In this document: in pieces, positions 59,112 to 64,000 of the stretch
Numbering within the stretch: the stretch's first letter is position 1
Layout of the letters: each line of letters opens with the position of its first letter
Assembly: GCA_041697335.1 (NCBI GenBank)
Contig: JBGUGD010000002.1
Coordinates: 96,001 to 160,000, forward strand
Origin: Vampirovibrionaceae bacterium NZW_1234
GTDB taxonomy: Bacteria; Cyanobacteriota; Vampirovibrionia; Vampirovibrionales; JAGQHJ01
DNA: 64,000 nt
Reading direction: 5' to 3'
The notes under the pieces: model-generated
Told to the model about the DNA's origin: nothing
The model's input: the letters and a program-made list of their open reading frames with translations, nothing else
The model's database searches: none
Translations under genes and position numbers: made by a program

Positions 59112-60080
59112 TTAGGGTGCGTTTTTGACGAGTTCCGCATTCAGTTGGCGTTCGGCTTCTTCCAAAATTCGAACCACTTCGAGCCCATTCACGCCATCGC
59201 TTTTGGGTTTTCGGCCGGAACGAATGCAATTGATGAAATGTTGGCACTCCAGCTTCAAGGGTTCCAGGGTCAAGTATTCCGGTGTTATTTGCTCAGGAGG
59301 AGATGTGTTGTTATGAAACACCTTGAGTTTATCACTGCCGGTTAGGGTGTCATCCATCACCACAGTGCGCTCGGAGCCACGGACTACCAGCTTAACTTGT
59401 TTGACCGGGTGAACCCAGCTGTTGTGGATGTGGCCGGGAACTCCATTGGGAAATTCGATTTCAATGTGGGCAATGTCAACCAGGCCGTCGTTACTGGTGC
59501 GAGACCCTTGGACGGAAACGAGGCGTCTTGGCTCTTGGCCGAGAAGATACATCATCATGGAGAGATCATGAGGTGCCAGATCCCAGAAAACACTTCGGTC
59601 TGCTCGGTAAGGGTTGTGGTTAAGACGATCGCTTTCAATATAGCGAATTTCACCTAAATAACCCTCTTCAATCAGTTGCTTGAGACGAGTAATGGCCGGG
59701 TGGTACATCAGTAGGTGCCCGACCATCAAGGTTTTTTCCACACGCTCGGAAAGAGCATACAAGTCTTGGGTCTCCGTCAGACTGGTGGCAATCGGTTTTT
59801 CCACGTAAACGTGCTTGTCGGACAAGAGGGCTGCTTTGGCCAGGCGGTAATGGGTGTGGCTGGGCGTGGAGATAACAATGGCGGTAATGCTGGGATCGAC
59901 CAATAGGTCTTCGAAGCGGGACGTTGTCGTAATGCCGGGATACTGCTTCTTCAGCTTGCTAAGCATGTCTTTGTCCAGATCACAGATACTGGCCAGAAAT
60001 TCCAGGTTATAAAAGTTGCGAACCAGGTTTCGGCCCCAGTTTCCGCATCCTACGACGGCGACTTTAATGGGTGTTTCCAC
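59112..60080 (-). CDS. Gfo/Idh/MocA-family oxidoreductase
   Basis: VAVVGCGNWG, HVYVEKP, WDLAPHD. Confidence 0.92.
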   Translation of the reverse strand: METPIKVAVVGCGNWGRNLVRNFYNLEFLASICDLDKDMLSKLKKQYPGITTTSRFEDLLVDPSITAIVISTPSHTHYRLAKAALLSDKHVYVEKPIATSLTETQDLYALSERVEKTLMVGHLLMYHPAITRLKQLIEEGYLGEIRYIESDRLNHNPYRADRSVFWDLAPHDLSMMMYLLGQEPRRLVSVQGSRTSNDGLVDIAHIEIEFPNGVPGHIHNSWVHPVKQVKLVVRGSERTVVMDDTLTGSDKLKVFHNNTSPPEQITPEYLTLEPLKLECQHFINCIRSGRKPKSDGVNGLEVVRILEEAERQLNAELVKNAP

Positions 60081-60158
60081 GATTCATGTATCCACAAACG
60101 AGCGCTTCACAATACAATGTTAAAACATACCCTTACTCTACTACACGGTGATTCAAAG

Positions 60159-61292
60159 ATGAAGTCTTCGAGGCATTTGACCTTTCATACCCGTCGAGAT
60201 GCTTGGGTGGAGGTTAACCTGTCTGCCATTGAACAAAATACCTTGGCGCTTCGTCGTCATGTACCTGAGGGAATTGAGATTATGGCTGTCATTAAGGCCG
60301 ATGCTTATGGGCATGGGGCTGTGATGGTCCTACCTACCCTGGAAGCATCCGGAATTTCCATGGTTGGGGTGGCTTCGATGGATGAGGCTGTTCAAATTCG
60401 CGAGTCCGGCCTTCCTCTGTCGGTGATGGTCTTGGGAGTGACGCCTGATTGGGCCATGCACTATGCCTTGGAACACAATATTGAATTAACGGTTTTTTCG
60501 GAGCAGCACTTGGCTTCGCTGCAGCGGCTGTTTGAAACAACCCAAACCCCCGTTAAAATTCACATCAAGGTAGACACCGGGATGCATCGGATTGGAATTT
60601 CCTGGGACAAGGCTGCTGCCTTTATCAATCATTGCTTCACCCTGCCTTATGTTACGGTAGAAGGGGTGTTCAGTCACTTTGCACATACATCGGATTCCTC
60701 ATTTACTGATCTTCAGGTGTCTCGCTGGGAGCAGGTGCTTAGCCAGCTTAATCGCAGGCCTCAACGATGCCATTTGGCTAACAGTGCGGGAACCTGGCAT
60801 GGGCACTTTGGAGCGGGCAATATGATTCGTAGCGGCTTGACCCTGTTTGGATACACTGGTGATGACTCCCTGCAGGTGGAGGACTTGGAGCCCGCGATGA
60901 GTTTGAAAGCTCGCATTGTGCATCTGTTTGAATTGCCACCGGGTGAAGGAATCAGCTATGGGCAGACGTTTCACAATAACACAAGTGCACCTCGGCTCAT
61001 TGCAACCTTACCCTTGGGCTATGCCGATGGGGTCCCCCGAGGGCTATCCGGCAAAATTCATGCCCTCTATGCCGGGCAGCGCATTCCTCAGGTGGGAGTG
61101 ATTACCATGGATCAGCTGATGGTAGATGTGACGGGCGTCGACGACCCTCGGGTGGGTGATGTGGTTACGCTTATCGGCAAGTCTGGAGAAGAGCGGGTTA
61201 CATTGACCGATTGGGCGTCTTGTATTCAAACCATCGAGTATGAATTGATGTGCGGTCTGCGGGTTCGTCTGCCCAAGACCTATATTCGGTAG
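60159..61292 (+). CDS. alr: Alanine racemase
   Basis: AVIKADAYGHG, HIKVDTGMHRIG, GYADG, ITMDQ, TIEYEL. Confidence 0.97.
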   Translation: MKSSRHLTFHTRRDAWVEVNLSAIEQNTLALRRHVPEGIEIMAVIKADAYGHGAVMVLPTLEASGISMVGVASMDEAVQIRESGLPLSVMVLGVTPDWAMHYALEHNIELTVFSEQHLASLQRLFETTQTPVKIHIKVDTGMHRIGISWDKAAAFINHCFTLPYVTVEGVFSHFAHTSDSSFTDLQVSRWEQVLSQLNRRPQRCHLANSAGTWHGHFGAGNMIRSGLTLFGYTGDDSLQVEDLEPAMSLKARIVHLFELPPGEGISYGQTFHNNTSAPRLIATLPLGYADGVPRGLSGKIHALYAGQRIPQVGVITMDQLMVDVTGVDDPRVGDVVTLIGKSGEERVTLTDWASCIQTIEYELMCGLRVRLPKTYIR

Positions 61293-61318
61293 ATCTTCTT
61301 CGGGTGTAAAATACCCCT

Positions 61319-62038
61319 ATGACGACTTTGATTTTACGCCATTCATCAGACAATAGCTTGGGGCATCTGGTCGAGGTACTGGAACGACGCAATTTGCCCT
61401 ATCTCTATTGGAATGTCCATGAAATGGCCTTTGGAGACTTTGTTTTGCCCGACAATACGTCGATGTTGGTGGTCCTGGGGGGCATGATGAATGTCGATCA
61501 GACTCGTAAATATGATTTTTTGCTCCCGGAGCGGGCTTTTATCCGCCAATGCTTTTTAGATGGGATGCCCATCTTTGGCATTTGCCTCGGGGCACAACTC
61601 CTTGCTCGTAGTCTTGAGGCACCCGTGACCAAAAATCCCACCAAGGAGGTGGGTTGGACCCCGATTCAGCTTACGACCGAGGGGTACTCAGACCCGGTTT
61701 TGTCCCGGTTGGGCGATGGGATAGCTCAGTTTCAATGGCATGAAGATACTTTTGCCTTGCCTCATGGGGCTTCTCATTTGGCTTGGAATGCCGACTGTCA
61801 AAATCAGGCGTTTCGCTTGACCCCCTACGTGTATGGGGTTCAATTCCATCCCGAAGTTGATTTCGATACGATCCGAGGTTGGTTGAACAGCTCGAAAAGT
61901 CTTTCACCCGAGCGTGCGGACGAAATTTGGTCTGAAACCCTGGCTCATTTTGAAACCAGGAAGAGGGCAAGCCAGGCAATGTTTGACGCGTTCTGCCAAC
62001 AGGCGTCACTTGCGCCATCCGTTTGTCAGGCAAAATGA
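61319..62038 (+). CDS. Type 1 glutamine amidotransferase
   Basis: GICLGAQLLA, QWHED, GVQFHPE. Confidence 0.9.
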   Translation: MTTLILRHSSDNSLGHLVEVLERRNLPYLYWNVHEMAFGDFVLPDNTSMLVVLGGMMNVDQTRKYDFLLPERAFIRQCFLDGMPIFGICLGAQLLARSLEAPVTKNPTKEVGWTPIQLTTEGYSDPVLSRLGDGIAQFQWHEDTFALPHGASHLAWNADCQNQAFRLTPYVYGVQFHPEVDFDTIRGWLNSSKSLSPERADEIWSETLAHFETRKRASQAMFDAFCQQASLAPSVCQAK

Positions 62039-62051
62039 TTTTTTAAACTCC

Positions 62052-63581
62052 TTATACGGCAGCTTGCTCCCGATCTCGAGGATTTGGACGGTCCGCCTGA
62101 GCCACAAAGGCTCCGGAATGACAAGCGGTCATAAACAACTTTGCAGAGTGGAAGTCGGCCATATAGGTATTAAAGTAAGCTTTGAGCTGATCTTCGGTCA
62201 GATTGACGGGGCGTTGTCCGCCTCGACCATCCGGGACGTTTCCGATATGGACGTACCCTCGGAGGGCGCCTTGACGATGAGCCTCTTGCTGCGGTAATCC
62301 GGCTTCGACCCCATCGGTACTCCCATGCCCTAACACGGCGACTAAGGCTTCTGCACCGGGATTTCGAGATGAAAACTCCCGCATTCTTTGGAAAGCCTGC
62401 TGCATGGCTTCTGGCGTGCAATTTTCAACGACTTCAATATTGTCATCGGTAACCCCGTAGCGATCCTTGGTCATTTGTACTAGGCGTTGCCGATGATCTT
62501 GTAAAACGGCACCGTCACTATGGGGATCTCTGCTGGAGGTGGGGCCAATGAAGACGAGCACTCGCCGAGGGCGTCTCTCTCGCTGGTCCCACCCTTGGGT
62601 TCCCTGGCTCGACTGGACCGGGTGTTCGCAGGGCTGATGCCCCATTAAGGGTCTGGCAATAGTGCCTTGGCTTGCGGCACGATGTGCTTCATCGATGGTA
62701 TTGCAACGTCCGAGGGCATCCAGGAACATGGTCATACGATCCTGATTGCGTTCGGCTTGAACGTAGGTGACCTGGTCCTGGCCTGAGCTGGCTAAGACTT
62801 GGGTATTCCGAGGCCAACGATTTGTTAATCTGGAATCTTGTGTGTCCAGCTGGGTACGTTGTCCAACAAGCCCATATCGGCGCTGCAAAGAACCCATTGT
62901 GCTAATATTTGCCTGCTCTGATTGACGTGCGTCTTGAAGTGCTTCTGCTGCTTTGTTTCTGAATAGACCAATTCCCCAACGGAACAGGCCAGCCAACGGT
63001 TTTAGTAAGAGTGGTGGATTTTTCCACCAGTTTAAACGATTGTCCCACTTATTAAAGCGCTGTTCACAACTGCGCCGATGTTCACGCAATTGGGGGTATT
63101 CACTTCGAACACGGATTATTTCTTGATTCAGCCGTGCCGATTCCTGAACGAAGACATTTTCTGAGGTGTTGGCTTGCCGACCTTCCAGTTCTGCAAGATA
63201 GGCTTGATCAAAGTCACGATTGGCGAGTTGTGATTGTTGCATCGCTAAATCTGATGTCTGGCGCTGCTCAATGATTCTTTGAGCCAATGACGGGTTGTGG
63301 CTGAGTCGGGCTCGTATTTGCTCGGGTGAATAATAACGTGAAAAATCCAGTATGCTTTCTCCCGGAGCCAGACGCATTTGACCAGCTTCAATAGAGCGGA
63401 TGATGTCCTCATTCAGTCGGTTATAGCGGCTGGACCAATTTTGTTGGTTTTGAGCCAGATAACGTTCAATGGCATCCACGCGGGGGCCTACATCGCTTAC
63501 GGATCTGAGAGGATTCCCAAACGATGGATAGGGTTGCGATACTCGGCTGTGAAAGCTTGGATTAACCGTTCCCACACTCAT
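62052..63581 (-). CDS. Hypothetical protein with N-terminal PSFG motif, coiled coil and C-terminal caspase-like (clan CD) peptidase domain
   Basis: RRVLVFIG...ALVAVLGHGS...KLFMTACHSGAFV, the His-Gly and Cys dyad pattern. Confidence 0.7.
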   Translation of the reverse strand: MSVGTVNPSFHSRVSQPYPSFGNPLRSVSDVGPRVDAIERYLAQNQQNWSSRYNRLNEDIIRSIEAGQMRLAPGESILDFSRYYSPEQIRARLSHNPSLAQRIIEQRQTSDLAMQQSQLANRDFDQAYLAELEGRQANTSENVFVQESARLNQEIIRVRSEYPQLREHRRSCEQRFNKWDNRLNWWKNPPLLLKPLAGLFRWGIGLFRNKAAEALQDARQSEQANISTMGSLQRRYGLVGQRTQLDTQDSRLTNRWPRNTQVLASSGQDQVTYVQAERNQDRMTMFLDALGRCNTIDEAHRAASQGTIARPLMGHQPCEHPVQSSQGTQGWDQRERRPRRVLVFIGPTSSRDPHSDGAVLQDHRQRLVQMTKDRYGVTDDNIEVVENCTPEAMQQAFQRMREFSSRNPGAEALVAVLGHGSTDGVEAGLPQQEAHRQGALRGYVHIGNVPDGRGGQRPVNLTEDQLKAYFNTYMADFHSAKLFMTACHSGAFVAQADRPNPRDREQAAV

Positions 63582-63889
63582 GTACTGTACATCCCTCTTG
63601 TGTTTCTCTCTCGTGATCCATGCAATGCATGGAGCCTAGTCCCTCACATGTGCTTAAAAACCATGAATCTGAATTTTTTGTTAGGGGAGCAGAACAATAC
63701 TGATATGAGGCTAAATTCGGATTTTAGGAGGCTGAAATATTGAACTGCGTAATTGTTCAGTCTGGATTGTGGGTTCTCTTGGCTGGTTGCCTAATTTATC
63801 TTTCCATCAGGAGTGCTACGCTAGTTTCCAATGTACAGTTTACATACCTAACTTATGTGTAAGAAGACATTAATCAGGAGGATTCAGCA

Positions 63890-64000
63890 ATGGCAGTAAC
63901 TGAAAAACTGCAGTCCATGGGTGTGCAGGATACAGAAATGAAGGTCGGTGTCGATAAACCCAGCAATCACCTGGTGTACTGGACTTCGCTCGGCTTTATT
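63890..64000 (+). CDS. Start of a CDS truncated by the window edge; product unknown
   Basis: AGGAGG RBS; MAVTEKLQSMGVQDTEMKVGVDKPSNHLVYWTSLGFI. Confidence 0.6.
   Translation, partial: MAVTEKLQSMGVQDTEMKVGVDKPSNHLVYWTSLGFI

Overview
Bacterial chromosomal segment. By inference it comes from a non-photosynthetic cyanobacterial relative (Vampirovibrionia/Melainabacteria-like): the housekeeping genes look cyanobacterial, rpmD is present and no photosynthesis genes are seen. Housekeeping content includes pcrA/uvrD, accD-accA, ruvB, iscS, arcC, secD-secF, acpS, lemA, nadA-folP, a detached rpsE-rpmD-rplO-secY-adk-map-infA-rpmJ block, alr, tRNA-Ala(TGC) and tRNA-Arg(CCT). Many orphan proteins are interspersed. 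Main observations: (1) a clear lysine riboswitch (24287-24475) sits in front of an uncharacterised 645-aa multi-helix membrane protein rather than a known lysine gene; (2) at least six orphan proteins begin with a Ser/Pro-rich leader ending in a (P/V/L)-x-F-(G/S/A/K) motif, a candidate export signal, and these include the riboswitch-controlled protein and a caspase-fold protease; (3) a 1135-aa polymorphic-toxin-like protein ends in a colicin E3/Ntox21-like RNase domain and has no co-oriented immunity gene; (4) an ETR1-type ethylene-binding-domain sensor carries paired D25N/K91N-equivalent substitutions; (5) a divergent two-partner secretion pair and two FG-rich repeat proteins are present. All family assignments come from reading motifs by eye; no searches were run.
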